A stretch of DNA of 64,000 nt from Escherichia coli (GTDB lineage Bacteria; Pseudomonadota; Gammaproteobacteria; Enterobacterales; Enterobacteriaceae). The notes beneath the pieces are model-generated. The model did not search any database. It was not told the DNA's origin and saw only the letters and a program-made list of their open reading frames with translations. A program made the translations under genes and the position numbers. Positions 9,933 through 20,974 of this stretch are shown here, in pieces (the first letter of the stretch is position 1; each line of letters starts with the position of its first letter). The DNA lies in the NCBI RefSeq assembly GCF_030013595.1, contig NZ_CP122768.1, one strand, 5' to 3'.

Positions 9933-12485
9933 TCAGAACAATTCCTGTGCCTCGCCATTATCGATAATGGTCGTTCCCACCTCGTGCACCGCCTGTTGTG
10001 TCGGCTGCGTACCTTCGATGAAATACTCTTCGCGGCTGTTGCCACCATTAGCTAACTGCCCGGTGCTGCGATCGATATTCACCGTCACAATACCCGGCGG
10101 CGGCGTCAGCGGCTGCTCCGGCACACCTTCAAGAACGGCTTTCATATAAGCGTCCCATGCAGGCTGGGCACTCTTGGCACCGCCTTCGTAACCTGAGATC
10201 TGATCTTTAATCGCTCCGGAAGCCGTTGTATGACCGAGATTACGACGGTGATCATCAAAGCCAATCCAGACCGAGGTCACAACGCCCGGACCGTAACCCG
10301 AAAACCACGCATCTTTCGAACTGTTAGTGGTACCGGTTTTCCCGCCGATATCGCGACGCTGCAAATCACGACCTGCACGCCAGCCGGTACCCTGCCAGCC
10401 TGGCTCACCAAAGATATTGGTGTTCAAAGCACTCTTAATCAGGAATGCCAGCGGAGTGTTGATGACGTGCGGTGCGTACTCCTGCGCGCCAGTCTTCGCC
10501 ACTAACGCCTGATTTGCCTGCTCCAGCTGCGGCATTGGCACAGAAACATTCTGCTGCTCGCGGGAGATAGCGACATCTTCAACATCGTTATTTTCCAGCA
10601 CGTTCGATTTCTGCGTATCACCGTAAATTACCGGAATATCGCATTCCGGGCAGGCTACTTTCGGTTTCGCTTCGAAAATCACGCCGCCCTGATCGTTTTC
10701 AATTTTGCTGATAAACCACGGGTCCACCAGGAAGCCGCCGTTCGCCATGACCGCGTAGCCGCGCGCCACCTGCATTGGGGTGAATGACGCTGAACCCAGC
10801 GCCAGCGATTCGGTGTGGACAATGTTTTGCGCCGGGAAGCCGAAGCGTTGCAGATATTCTGCAGCGTAGTCGACGCCCATCGCCCGCATTGCGCGTACCA
10901 TCACCACGTTTTTCGACTGGCCCAGTCCCTGACGTAAGCGAATTGGACCAGCATATTGTGGCGGCGAGTTTTTCGGCTGCCAGTCAGAACCGGCACCTGC
11001 GTCCCAGCGAGAAATTGGCACATCGTTCAACATACTTGCCAGCGTCAGACCTTTATCCATCGCCGCGGTGTAGAGGAACGGTTTGATGTTGGAACCCACC
11101 TGACGCAGTGCCTGGGTGGCGCGGTTAAACTTGCTCTGATTGAAATCAAAGCCACCGACCAGCGCCATAACGGCACCGTTTTGCGGATTGATCGACACCA
11201 GCGCCGAGTTCACTTCCGGCACTTGTGCCAGCCACCATGCATCGCCAACCTGACGAACCCAGATTTGCTGACCCGTTTGCAGAACATCGGTCACTTTACG
11301 CGGCGTCGGTCCCTGCTGAGTATCCGAACGGTAAGGACGCGCCCAGCGAACGCCTTCCATACTCAATGCGACGGTCGACCCGTCCGCCAGCATCGCCGTC
11401 GCTTCCTGAGGATTGGCGCTGGTGACTGCGGCAGGCAGCAGCGGACCATAGGTCGGCAGCGCCTTCAGCGTATCGGTAATCTTGTTGTTATCCCACGCCG
11501 ATTCGCCCACTTTCCACAGCACATTTGCCGGGCCGCGATAGCCGTGGCGCATGTCGTAGTCCAGCACGTTATTACGTACCGCCTGCTGTGCGGCCTGCTG
11601 CACTTTGCGGGTGATGGTGGTGTAAATGCGATAACCGTCTTCATAGGCACTTTCGCCATAACGGTTATACATCTCCTGGCGCACCATTTCGCTCAGGTAC
11701 GGCGCAGAGAAAGCAATCTCCGGCGCGTGATAGTTAGCGTTAATCGCCTCAGTGCGTGTCTGATCGAACTGTTGTTGGGTGATATACCCTTCATCCAGCA
11801 TCCGCGACAGTACGACGTTACGCCGCGCGACGGCACGATCCATTGAGTAGAGCGGATTAAAGGTGGAAGGCGCTTTCGGCAGCCCGGCTATCACCGCCAT
11901 TTCGTTCAGCGTCAGTTGGTCGACCGTTTTTCCGAAATAGACTTGTGCCGCAGCACCGACACCATAGGCGCGGTAGCCGAGGTAAATCTTGTTCAGATAA
12001 AGCTCGAGGATCTCGTCTTTCGTCAGCAACTGTTCAATGCGAATCGCGAGGAAGACTTCCTTAATCTTACGCATCAGCGTGCGTTCTGGACTGAGGAAGA
12101 AGTTTCTCGCCAGCTGCTGGGTAATGGTACTCGCCCCTTGTGACGCGTGGCCGGAGAACAGCGCCACACTTGCCGCACGGAAGATCCCCACCGGGTCAAC
12201 GCCGTGATGCTCGTAGAAGCGGCTGTCTTCCGTCGCGATAAAGGCTTTCACCATCTCCGGCGGGATTTGATCCAACGTAACCGGAATACGACGTTTCTCA
12301 CCGTATTGAGCAATCAGCTCGCCATCGGCGCTGTAAATCTGCATCGGAATTTGCAGGCGAACATCTTTTAATGTCGCCACATCCGGCAGTTGTGGCTCGA
12401 TGTAGCGGTATAGGCCATAAATCGAGCCTGCTCCCAGCAGAATGCAACAGACTGCAAGGATCAAAAAATACTTTACGAACTTCAC
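9933..12485 (-). CDS. mrcA: penicillin-binding protein 1A (bifunctional transglycosylase/transpeptidase), 850 aa from GTG
   Basis: Translation ...KFVKYFLILAVCCILLGAGSIYGLYRYIEPQLPD... with transpeptidase SxxK-type region; an alternative in-frame ATG lies at 12509. Confidence 0.93.
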   Translation of the reverse strand: MKFVKYFLILAVCCILLGAGSIYGLYRYIEPQLPDVATLKDVRLQIPMQIYSADGELIAQYGEKRRIPVTLDQIPPEMVKAFIATEDSRFYEHHGVDPVGIFRAASVALFSGHASQGASTITQQLARNFFLSPERTLMRKIKEVFLAIRIEQLLTKDEILELYLNKIYLGYRAYGVGAAAQVYFGKTVDQLTLNEMAVIAGLPKAPSTFNPLYSMDRAVARRNVVLSRMLDEGYITQQQFDQTRTEAINANYHAPEIAFSAPYLSEMVRQEMYNRYGESAYEDGYRIYTTITRKVQQAAQQAVRNNVLDYDMRHGYRGPANVLWKVGESAWDNNKITDTLKALPTYGPLLPAAVTSANPQEATAMLADGSTVALSMEGVRWARPYRSDTQQGPTPRKVTDVLQTGQQIWVRQVGDAWWLAQVPEVNSALVSINPQNGAVMALVGGFDFNQSKFNRATQALRQVGSNIKPFLYTAAMDKGLTLASMLNDVPISRWDAGAGSDWQPKNSPPQYAGPIRLRQGLGQSKNVVMVRAMRAMGVDYAAEYLQRFGFPAQNIVHTESLALGSASFTPMQVARGYAVMANGGFLVDPWFISKIENDQGGVIFEAKPKVACPECDIPVIYGDTQKSNVLENNDVEDVAISREQQNVSVPMPQLEQANQALVAKTGAQEYAPHVINTPLAFLIKSALNTNIFGEPGWQGTGWRAGRDLQRRDIGGKTGTTNSSKDAWFSGYGPGVVTSVWIGFDDHRRNLGHTTASGAIKDQISGYEGGAKSAQPAWDAYMKAVLEGVPEQPLTPPPGIVTVNIDRSTGQLANGGNSREEYFIEGTQPTQQAVHEVGTTIIDNGEAQELF

Positions 12486-12604
12486 TGGAAATTTCCCATT
12501 TAGTTTCATTTGGGCAGTTTATAAACAAACGCGCGGTAGTATAAAGGCAAGCCAGACGCATTGATATACCCGTCAGAGTGACGGGTGATAAGGAGATCAT
12601 CACA

Positions 12605-13294
12605 ATGGCATTTAAGATCTGGCAAATTGGTTTGCATTTACAACAGCAAGAAGCGGTAGCGGTTGCTATCGTGCGGGGCGCAAAAGAATGCTTTTTGCAA
12701 CGCTGGTGGCGGTTGCCGCTGGCGCACGACATTATCAAAGATGGGCGGATTGTTGATGCGCAGCGGCTGGCTAAAACGTTGTTACCGTGGAGTCGCGAAC
12801 TGCCGCAGCGTCATCACATTATGTTGGCGTTTCCCGCCAGTCGCACATTACAGCGGTCATTTCCACGCCCGTCGATGTCCCTTGGTGAGCGGGAGCAAAC
12901 GGCCTGGCTGTCCGGGACGATGGCCCGCGAGCTGGATATGGATCCGGACTCCCTGCGCTTCGATTACAGCGAAGACTCACTCAGTCCCGCCTATAACGTG
13001 ACTGCCGCGCAAAGCAAAGAGTTGGCAACGCTGCTTACTCTGGCAGAAAGGTTGCGTGTTCATGTTAGCGCGATCACCCCGGATGCCAGTGCATTACAGC
13101 GATTCCTGCCTTTTTTACCTTCTCATCAGCAATGTCTGGCCTGGCGTGATAACGAACAGTGGCTGTGGGCGACGCGCTATAGCTGGGGGCGCAAACTGGC
13201 GGTGGGGATAACTAGCGCGAAGGAGCTGGCGGCAGCGTTATCCGTTGATCCCGAAAGCGTCGCGATATGTGGCGAAGGCGGATTTGACCCCTAG
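12605..13294 (+). CDS. hofM: HofM (YrfD, PilM-like), truncated allele of 229 aa ending at an in-frame TAG; the same frame stays open for 29 more codons to 13384
   Basis: ATG at 12605 preceded by AAGGAG; translation MAFKIWQIGLHLQQQEAVAVAIVRG...; TAG at 13292..13294 followed by an open frame ending in a TGATG overlap with hofN. Confidence 0.8.
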   Translation: MAFKIWQIGLHLQQQEAVAVAIVRGAKECFLQRWWRLPLAHDIIKDGRIVDAQRLAKTLLPWSRELPQRHHIMLAFPASRTLQRSFPRPSMSLGEREQTAWLSGTMARELDMDPDSLRFDYSEDSLSPAYNVTAAQSKELATLLTLAERLRVHVSAITPDASALQRFLPFLPSHQQCLAWRDNEQWLWATRYSWGRKLAVGITSAKELAAALSVDPESVAICGEGGFDP

Positions 13295-13383
13295 GAGGCG
13301 GTTTCTGTTCGTCAGCCGCCGCTACCGCCGCCAGGTGGAGACTTTGCCATCGCGCTGGGGCTGGCGCTTGGGAAGGTGTACTG

Positions 13384-13923
13384 ATGAACCCGCCAATTAA
13401 TTTTTTGCCCTGGCGACAGCAACGCCGGACCGCTTTTCTTCGTTTCTGGTTGCTGATGTTCGTTGCGCCTCTGCTGCTGGCTGTCGGGATAACGCTAATA
13501 CTGCGTCTGACAAGCAACGCCGAAGCACGCGTAGACACCGTTTTGCTTCAGGCGGAACAACAACTCGCCCGCAGCTTACAGATAACGAAACCACGTTTGC
13601 TGGAACGCCAGCAGTTACGCGAACAGCGTTTGCAAAGGCAGCGCCAGCGACAATTTACCCGTGACTGGCAATCTGCGCTGGAAGCACTGGCGGCGCTTTT
13701 ACCGGAACATGCCTGGCTGACAACGATAAGCTGGCAGCAGGGAACGCTGGAGATCAAGGGGCTGACAACAAGCATTACCGCGTTAAACGCACTAGAAACG
13801 TCACTCCGCCAGGATGCTTCTTTTCATCTCAATCAGCGGGGGGCCACGCAGCAGGATGCGCAGGGACGCTGGCAATTTGAGTATCAGTTAACAAGGAAGG
13901 TTAGCGATGGACATGCTCTTTGA
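13384..13923 (+). CDS. hofN: HofN (PilN-like), 179 aa
   Basis: Single N-terminal transmembrane segment plus coiled region; operon position. Confidence 0.85.
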   Translation: MNPPINFLPWRQQRRTAFLRFWLLMFVAPLLLAVGITLILRLTSNAEARVDTVLLQAEQQLARSLQITKPRLLERQQLREQRLQRQRQRQFTRDWQSALEALAALLPEHAWLTTISWQQGTLEIKGLTTSITALNALETSLRQDASFHLNQRGATQQDAQGRWQFEYQLTRKVSDGHAL

Positions 13924-14347
13924 CTGGTGGTTCGTCGCATCACCCCGCCTCCGCCAGCTTTGCTGGGCAGTCTGGTTGCTGGTGTTAGTTACGCTCATTT
14001 TTCTGTCATCGACACACCAGGAAGAGAGCGACGCATTAATTCGACTACGGGCGAGTCATCACCAGCAGTGGGCCGCACTGTATCGCCTGGTAGACACCAC
14101 TCCCTTCAGCGAGGAAAAAACGCTGCCCTTTTCGCCACTGGATTTTCAGTTATCCGGCACGCAACTGGTTTACTGGCATCCATCCGCGCAGGGAGGTGAG
14201 TTGGCGTTGAAAACGCTGTGGGAAGCAGTGCCATCGGCATTTACACGGCTGGCAGAGCGCAACGTCAGCGTGAGCCGTTTTTCGTTAAGCGTGGAAGGTG
14301 ATGACCTTTTGTTCACGCTACAACTGGAGACGCCGCATGAGGGTTAA
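13907..14347 (+). CDS. hofO: HofO (PilO-like), 146 aa
   Basis: Overlaps hofN by 17 nt; N-terminal transmembrane segment. Confidence 0.85.
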   Translation: MDMLFDWWFVASPRLRQLCWAVWLLVLVTLIFLSSTHQEESDALIRLRASHHQQWAALYRLVDTTPFSEEKTLPFSPLDFQLSGTQLVYWHPSAQGGELALKTLWEAVPSAFTRLAERNVSVSRFSLSVEGDDLLFTLQLETPHEG

Positions 14348-14741
14348 ACGCTGGTTGTTGGCAGGTATTGCATTGTGCCTTTTAACCGGTATGCGTGACC
14401 CTTTTAAACCGCCGGAAGATCTATGCCGGATTAGCGAACTTAGCCAGTGGCGCTATCAGGGGATAGTAGGGCGAGGCGAGCGCATCATCGGTGTAATAAA
14501 AGACGGGCAAAAGAAATGGCGACGGGTGCAGCAAAACGATGTGCTGGAAAACGGTTGGACAATTTTACAGCTGACGCCAGACGCACTAACGCTGGGAACC
14601 GGGACAAACTGCGAACCGCCACACTGGTTGTGGCAACGGCAAGGAGATACAAATGAAGCAATGGATAGCCGCACTACTGTTGATGCTTATACCCGGCGTA
14701 CAGGCGGCAAAGCCGCAAAAAGTGACGCTGATGGTGGATGA
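14337..14741 (+). CDS. hofP: HofP (PilP-like lipoprotein), 134 aa
   Basis: Start MRVKRWLLAGIALCLLTG (signal/lipobox-like); ORF track starts 13 codons earlier. Confidence 0.8.
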   Translation: MRVKRWLLAGIALCLLTGMRDPFKPPEDLCRISELSQWRYQGIVGRGERIIGVIKDGQKKWRRVQQNDVLENGWTILQLTPDALTLGTGTNCEPPHWLWQRQGDTNEAMDSRTTVDAYTRRTGGKAAKSDADGG

Positions 14742-15891
14742 CGTTCCGGTAGCTCAGGTGTTGCAGGCGCTGGCTGAACAGGAGAAGTTGAACCTGGTCG
14801 TGTCGCCAGACGTCAGCGGTACGGTGTCGTTACATCTAACAGATGTTCCCTGGAAGCAGGCACTACAAACTGTAGTAAAAAGCGCCGGACTGATAACGCG
14901 GCAGGAAGGCAACATTCTCTCGGTGCATTCCGTTGCCTGGCAGAATGACAATATCGCCCGTCAGGAGGCGGAGCAGGCGCGGGCGCAGGCAAATCTGCCG
15001 CTGGAAAATCGCAATATTACTCTGCAATACGCCGACGCCGGAGAGCTGGCGAAAGCGGGGGAGAAGCTACTGAGTGCCAAAGGGAGTATGACCGTCGATA
15101 AACGCACCAATCGCCTTTTGCTGCGAGATAACAAAACGGCGTTAAGCGCGCTTGAACAGTGGGTAGCGCAAATGGATCTGCCGGTCGGGCAGGTTGAGCT
15201 GTCGGCGCATATTGTCACCATTAATGAAAAAAGTTTGCGTGAGTTAGGCGTGAAATGGACGTTGGCTGATGCGCAACAAGCTGGTGGCGTTGGGCAAGTC
15301 ACCACGCTTGGCAGCGACCTCTCCGTAGCGACGGCGACAACGCATGTCGGTTTTAACATTGGACGCATCAACGGACGTTTACTGGATCTTGAGCTTTCCG
15401 CGCTCGAACAAAAACAGCAGCTGGATATTATCGCCAGTCCGCGTCTGCTGGCCTCACATCTACAGCCTGCCAGCATTAAACAGGGGAGCGAAATTCCATA
15501 TCAGGTTTCCAGCGGGGAAAGTGGCGCGACGTCGGTGGAATTTAAAGAGGCCGTCCTGGGGATGGAGGTCACGCCCACGGTGTTACAAAAAGGTCGCATC
15601 CGGCTGAAATTACACATCAGCCAGAACGTTCCGGGGCAGGTGCTACAGCAGGCCGATGGCGAAGTGCTGGCGATTGATAAGCAGGAGATCGAAACGCAGG
15701 TCGAGGTCAAAAGCGGAGAAACGTTGGCGCTGGGTGGCATTTTTACCCGTAAAAATAAATCGGGGCAGGATAGCGTACCGTTGCTTGGCGACATTCCCTG
15801 GTTCGGGCAATTATTTCGTCATGACGGAAAAGAAGATGAACGACGCGAGTTAGTGGTGTTTATCACGCCACGACTGGTTTCCAGTGAGTAA
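14653..15891 (+). CDS. hofQ: HofQ secretin (PilQ/ComE-like outer-membrane channel), 412 aa
   Basis: Signal peptide MKQWIAALLLMLIPGVQA and secretin C-terminal domain (...LGGIFTRKNKSGQDSVPLLGDIPWFGQLFR...). Confidence 0.9.
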   Translation: MKQWIAALLLMLIPGVQAAKPQKVTLMVDDVPVAQVLQALAEQEKLNLVVSPDVSGTVSLHLTDVPWKQALQTVVKSAGLITRQEGNILSVHSVAWQNDNIARQEAEQARAQANLPLENRNITLQYADAGELAKAGEKLLSAKGSMTVDKRTNRLLLRDNKTALSALEQWVAQMDLPVGQVELSAHIVTINEKSLRELGVKWTLADAQQAGGVGQVTTLGSDLSVATATTHVGFNIGRINGRLLDLELSALEQKQQLDIIASPRLLASHLQPASIKQGSEIPYQVSSGESGATSVEFKEAVLGMEVTPTVLQKGRIRLKLHISQNVPGQVLQQADGEVLAIDKQEIETQVEVKSGETLALGGIFTRKNKSGQDSVPLLGDIPWFGQLFRHDGKEDERRELVVFITPRLVSSE

Positions 15892-16291
15892 ACAGCCGTA
15901 AAAGCGGTAATGTTTTTACGCTGAACGTGTTTCATCTATTTGACGCGCGCAGGTATTTAGCATACAAGGAGTACCGATTTGAGAGTTGGTGCTCTTCGCT
16001 GCCTGCGTTCCATGATGATGATTTATCATTCAGGCGGCATTTTGCTGTCTTTTTTACGCTAATCTTACCCGGTGATTTATCGCCAGAGCGGTGGTAGCAA
16101 GGCAGCGCGCTTGCAGCGACCAGATATGCAGAGGGATGGGTGATTTATTCAGTTGCCAAACCCGCTGGAGTATTGAGATAATTTTCAGTCTGACTCTCGC
16201 AATATCTTATGAGGTTTCAGTTCATGTCCTGCGGCGCTCTCTGAGCGAAGCGGGTTTATCATTAACGAATAGTCTTAGTAGTACCGAAAAA

Positions 16292-16813
16292 ATGGCAGAG
16301 AAACGCAATATCTTTCTGGTTGGGCCTATGGGTGCCGGAAAAAGCACTATTGGGCGCCAGTTAGCTCAACAACTCAATATGGAATTTTACGATTCCGATC
16401 AAGAGATTGAGAAACGAACCGGAGCTGATGTGGGCTGGGTTTTCGATTTAGAAGGCGAAGAAGGCTTCCGCGATCGCGAAGAAAAGGTCATCAATGAGTT
16501 GACCGAGAAACAGGGTATTGTGCTGGCTACTGGCGGCGGCTCTGTGAAATCCCGCGAAACGCGTAACCGTCTTTCCGCACGTGGCGTTGTCGTTTATCTT
16601 GAAACGACCATCGAAAAGCAACTTGCACGCACGCAGCGTGATAAAAAACGCCCGTTGCTGCACGTTGAAACACCGCCGCGTGAAGTTCTGGAAGCGTTGG
16701 CCAATGAACGCAATCCGCTGTATGAAGAGATTGCCGACGTGACCATTCGTACTGATGATCAAAGCGCTAAAGTGGTCGCAAACCAGATTATTCACATGCT
16801 GGAAAGCAACTAA
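16292..16813 (+). CDS. aroK: shikimate kinase I, 173 aa
   Basis: Translation [28 protein letters not shown]... (Walker A); ORF track starts upstream but the ATG at 16292 gives the 173-aa protein. Confidence 0.95.
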   Translation: MAEKRNIFLVGPMGAGKSTIGRQLAQQLNMEFYDSDQEIEKRTGADVGWVFDLEGEEGFRDREEKVINELTEKQGIVLATGGGSVKSRETRNRLSARGVVVYLETTIEKQLARTQRDKKRPLLHVETPPREVLEALANERNPLYEEIADVTIRTDDQSAKVVANQIIHMLESN

Positions 16814-16869
16814 TTCTGGCTTTATATACACTCGTCTGCGGGTACAGTAATTAAGGTGGATGTCGCGTT

Positions 16870-17958
16870 ATGGAGAGGATTGTCGTTACTCTCGGGGAAC
16901 GTAGTTACCCAATTACCATCGCATCTGGTTTGTTTAATGAACCAGCTTCATTCTTACCGCTGAAATCGGGCGAGCAGGTCATGTTGGTTACCAACGAAAC
17001 CCTGGCTCCTCTGTATCTCGATAAGGTCCGCGGCGTACTTGAACAGGCGGGTGTTAACGTCGATAGCGTTATCCTCCCTGACGGCGAGCAGTATAAAAGC
17101 CTGGCTGTACTCGATACCGTCTTTACGGCGTTGTTACAAAAGCCGCATGGTCGCGATACTACGCTGGTGGCGCTTGGCGGCGGCGTAGTGGGCGATCTGA
17201 CCGGCTTTGCGGCGGCGAGTTATCAGCGCGGTGTACGTTTCATTCAAGTCCCGACGACGTTGCTGTCGCAGGTCGATTCCTCCGTTGGCGGCAAAACTGC
17301 GGTCAACCATCCCCTCGGTAAAAACATGATTGGCGCGTTCTACCAGCCTGCTTCAGTGGTGGTGGATCTCGACTGTCTGAAAACGCTTCCCCCGCGTGAG
17401 TTAGCGTCGGGGCTGGCAGAAGTCATCAAATACGGCATTATTCTTGACGGTGCGTTTTTTAACTGGCTGGAAGAAAATCTGGATGCGTTGTTGCGTCTGG
17501 ACGGTCCGGCAATGGCGTACTGTATTCGCCGTTGTTGTGAACTGAAGGCAGAAGTTGTCGCCGCCGACGAGCGCGAAACCGGGTTACGTGCTTTACTGAA
17601 TCTGGGACACACCTTTGGTCATGCCATTGAAGCTGAAATGGGGTATGGCAATTGGTTACACGGTGAAGCGGTTGCTGCGGGTATGGTGATGGCGGCGCGG
17701 ACGTCGGAACGTCTCGGGCAGTTTAGTTCTGCCGAAACGCAGCGTATTATAACCCTGCTCACGCGGGCTGGGTTACCGGTCAATGGGCCGCGCGAAATGT
17801 CTGCGCAGGCGTATTTACCGCATATGCTGCGTGACAAGAAAGTCCTTGCGGGAGAGATGCGCTTAATTCTTCCGTTGGCAATTGGTAAGAGTGAAGTTCG
17901 CAGCGGCGTTTCGCACGAGCTAGTTCTTAACGCCATTGCCGATTGTCAATCAGCGTAA
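16870..17958 (+). CDS. aroB: 3-dehydroquinate synthase
   Basis: 362 aa, [25 protein letters not shown]..., glycine-rich NAD-binding region. Confidence 0.95.
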
Positions 17959-18049
17959 CAACAAGAAAGGTCAGGCCGCTTATCAAGCGGTCTATTAGCT
18001 TCAGGTTAATTGCAACGTGGTAAGCATTAACCTTTTAGTGGGGTGTTAA

Positions 18050-19336
18050 ATGGATGAATTCAAACCAGAAGACGAGCTGAAACCCGATCCCAGCGATCGT
18101 CGTACTGGTCGTTCTCGTCAATCTTCTGAACGTTCTGAGCGTACTGAACGTGGCGAACCGCAGATCAATTTTGATGATATTGAACTTGATGACACTGACG
18201 ATCGCCGTCCGACTCGTGCGCAAAAAGAGCGCAATGAGGAACCGGAACTCGAAGAAGAAATTGACGAATCCGAAGATGAAACCGTGGATGAAGAGCGCGT
18301 AGAGCGTCGTCCGCGTAAGCGCAAAAAAGTAGCCAGTAAACCCGCTTCTCGTCAGTATATGATGATGGGCGTCGGCATTCTGGTTCTCCTGCTGTTGATC
18401 ATCGGTATCGGTTCTGCGCTAAAAGCCCCCTCGACCTCTTCCAGCGATCAAACCGCGTCTGGCGAGAAGAGTATTGATCTTGCTGGCAATGCGACCGATC
18501 AGGCGAATGGCGTGCAGCCAGCGCCGGGAACCACGTCTGCGGAAAATACTCAGCAGGATGTTTCTCTGCCGCCGATCTCTTCTACGCCGACTCAAGGGCA
18601 AACCCCGGCGGCAACGGATGGTCAACAACGTGTTGAAGTGCAGGGTGACCTGAACAATGCGCTGACCCAGCCACAAAATCAGCAACAGTTGAACAATGTG
18701 GCGGTCAATTCCACGTTGCCGACTGAACCCGCGACTGTCGCGCCTGTTCGCAATGGCAATGCATCGCGTGACACGGCGAAAACGCAAACCACTGAACGTC
18801 CGGCCACCACGCGTCCAGCTCGTCAGCAGGCGGTGATTGAACCGAAAAAACCGCAAGCAACCGTAAAAACGGAGCCGAAGCCGGTAGCACAGACGCCGAA
18901 GCGTACTGAACCAGCTGCTCCTGTGGCAAGCACGAAGGCACCGGCTGCGACCTCTACGCCAGCACCAAAAGAGACCGCAACTACGGCTCCAGTACAGACG
19001 GCATCCCCGGCGCAAACCACGGCAACACCAGCCGCTGGAGGGAAGACCGCAGGTAATGTTGGTTCGTTGAAATCGGCACCGTCCAGCCATTACACTCTGC
19101 AGCTGAGCAGTTCCTCTAACTACGACAACCTGAACGGTTGGGCGAAGAAAGAGAATCTGAAAAACTACGTTGTCTATGAAACGACGCGTAATGGTCAGCC
19201 GTGGTATGTCCTGGTTTCTGGCGTGTACGCTTCGAAAGAAGAGGCGAAAAAAGCGGTATCTACATTGCCAGCAGATGTCCAGGCCAAAAACCCGTGGGCG
19301 AAACCGCTGCGTCAGGTACAGGCCGATCTGAAGTAA
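18050..19336 (+). CDS. damX: cell-division protein DamX (SPOR domain)
   Basis: 428 aa: acidic N-terminus, one transmembrane segment, long Q/P/T/A-rich linker, C-terminal SPOR-like domain; precedes dam. Confidence 0.93.
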   Translation: MDEFKPEDELKPDPSDRRTGRSRQSSERSERTERGEPQINFDDIELDDTDDRRPTRAQKERNEEPELEEEIDESEDETVDEERVERRPRKRKKVASKPASRQYMMMGVGILVLLLLIIGIGSALKAPSTSSSDQTASGEKSIDLAGNATDQANGVQPAPGTTSAENTQQDVSLPPISSTPTQGQTPAATDGQQRVEVQGDLNNALTQPQNQQQLNNVAVNSTLPTEPATVAPVRNGNASRDTAKTQTTERPATTRPARQQAVIEPKKPQATVKTEPKPVAQTPKRTEPAAPVASTKAPAATSTPAPKETATTAPVQTASPAQTTATPAAGGKTAGNVGSLKSAPSSHYTLQLSSSSNYDNLNGWAKKENLKNYVVYETTRNGQPWYVLVSGVYASKEEAKKAVSTLPADVQAKNPWAKPLRQVQADLK

Positions 19337-19442
19337 TCAAGGTTATCTCCCGCAATGGTTTATCATCGCGGGAGTTGCCTGAAGCGCTGGATGCTGTCGG
19401 AGCTTTCTCCACAGCCGGAGAAGGTGTAATTAGTTAGTCAGC

Positions 19443-20279
19443 ATGAAGAAAAATCGCGCTTTTTTGAAGTGGGCAGGGGGCAAGTATCCCCTGCTTGATG
19501 ATATTAAACGGCATTTGCCCAAGGGCGAATGTCTGGTTGAGCCTTTTGTAGGTGCCGGGTCGGTGTTTCTCAACACCGACTTTTCTCGTTATATCCTTGC
19601 CGATATCAATAGCGACCTGATCAGTCTCTATAACATTGTGAAAATGCGTACTGATGAGTACGTACAGGCCGCACGCGAGCTGTTTGTTCCCGAAACAAAT
19701 TGCGCCGAGGTTTACTATCAGTTCCGCGAAGAGTTCAACAAAAGCCAGGATCCGTTCCGTCGGGCGGTACTGTTTTTATATTTGAACCGCTACGGTTACA
19801 ACGGCCTGTGTCGTTACAATCTGCGCGGTGAGTTTAACGTGCCGTTTGGCCGCTACAAAAAACCCTATTTCCCGGAAGCAGAGTTGTATCACTTCGCTGA
19901 AAAAGCGCAGAATGCCTTTTTCTACTGTGAGTCTTACGCCGATAGCATGGCGCGCGCAGATGATGCATCCGTCGTCTATTGCGATCCGCCTTATGCGCCG
20001 CTGTCTGCGACCGCCAACTTTACGGCGTATCACACAAACAGTTTTACGCTTGAACAACAAGCGCATCTGGCGGAGATCGCCGAAGGTCTGGTTGATCGCC
20101 ATATTCCAGTGCTGATCTCCAATCACGATACGATGTTAACGCGTGAGTGGTATCAGCGCGCAAAATTGCATGTCGTCAAAGTTCGACGCAGTATAAGCAG
20201 CAACGGCGGCACACGTAAAAAGGTGGACGAACTGCTGGCTTTGTACAAACCAGGAGTCGTTTCACCCGCGAAAAAATAA
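19443..20279 (+). CDS. dam: DNA adenine methyltransferase (GATC)
   Basis: 278 aa with the DPPY catalytic motif ([11 protein letters not shown]) and N-terminal AdoMet-binding region. Confidence 0.96.
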   Translation: MKKNRAFLKWAGGKYPLLDDIKRHLPKGECLVEPFVGAGSVFLNTDFSRYILADINSDLISLYNIVKMRTDEYVQAARELFVPETNCAEVYYQFREEFNKSQDPFRRAVLFLYLNRYGYNGLCRYNLRGEFNVPFGRYKKPYFPEAELYHFAEKAQNAFFYCESYADSMARADDASVVYCDPPYAPLSATANFTAYHTNSFTLEQQAHLAEIAEGLVDRHIPVLISNHDTMLTREWYQRAKLHVVKVRRSISSNGGTRKKVDELLALYKPGVVSPAKK

Positions 20280-20296
20280 TTCTCAAGGAGAAGCGG

Positions 20297-20974
20297 ATGA
20301 AACAGTATTTGATTGCCCCCTCAATTCTGTCGGCTGATTTTGCCCGCCTGGGTGAAGATACCGCAAAAGCCCTGGCAGCTGGCGCTGATGTCGTGCATTT
20401 TGACGTCATGGATAACCACTATGTTCCCAATCTGACGATTGGGCCAATGGTGCTGAAATCCTTGCGTAACTACGGCATTACCGCCCCTATCGACGTACAC
20501 CTGATGGTGAAACCCGTCGATCGCATTGTGCCTGATTTCGCTGCCGCTGGTGCCAGCATCATTACCTTTCATCCAGAAGCCTCCGAGCATGTTGACCGCA
20601 CGCTGCAACTGATTAAAGAAAATGGCTGTAAAGCGGGTCTGGTATTTAATCCGGCGACACCGCTGAGCTATCTGGATTACGTGATGGATAAGTTGGATGT
20701 GATCCTGCTGATGTCCGTCAACCCAGGTTTCGGCGGTCAGTCTTTCATTCCGCAAACACTGGATAAACTGCGCGAAGTACGTCGTCGTATCGACGAGTCT
20801 GGCTTTGACATTCGACTGGAAGTGGACGGTGGCGTGAAGGTGAACAACATTGGCGAAATCGCTGCGGCGGGCGCGGATATGTTCGTCGCCGGTTCGGCAA
20901 TCTTCGACCAGCCAGACTACAAAAAAGTCATTGATGAAATGCGCAGTGAACTGGCAAAGGTAAGTCATGAATAA
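20297..20974 (+). CDS. rpe: ribulose-phosphate 3-epimerase
   Basis: 225 aa, [21 protein letters not shown]... Confidence 0.95.
   Translation: MKQYLIAPSILSADFARLGEDTAKALAAGADVVHFDVMDNHYVPNLTIGPMVLKSLRNYGITAPIDVHLMVKPVDRIVPDFAAAGASIITFHPEASEHVDRTLQLIKENGCKAGLVFNPATPLSYLDYVMDKLDVILLMSVNPGFGGQSFIPQTLDKLREVRRRIDESGFDIRLEVDGGVKVNNIGEIAAAGADMFVAGSAIFDQPDYKKVIDEMRSELAKVSHE

Noticed and set aside
10956-11846. 296-aa plus-strand ORF inside mrcA
   Set aside because: Antisense to a well-supported PBP1a gene; His/Arg-rich translation typical of reverse-frame artefacts.
18118-19090. Several Arg/Ser/Cys-rich ORFs antisense to or out of frame with damX (18118..18324, 18419..19090, 18705..18941, 18823..19020)
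   Set aside because: They are generated by the compositionally biased acidic and Q/P/T/A-rich regions of damX; they have no independent signals and implausible composition.
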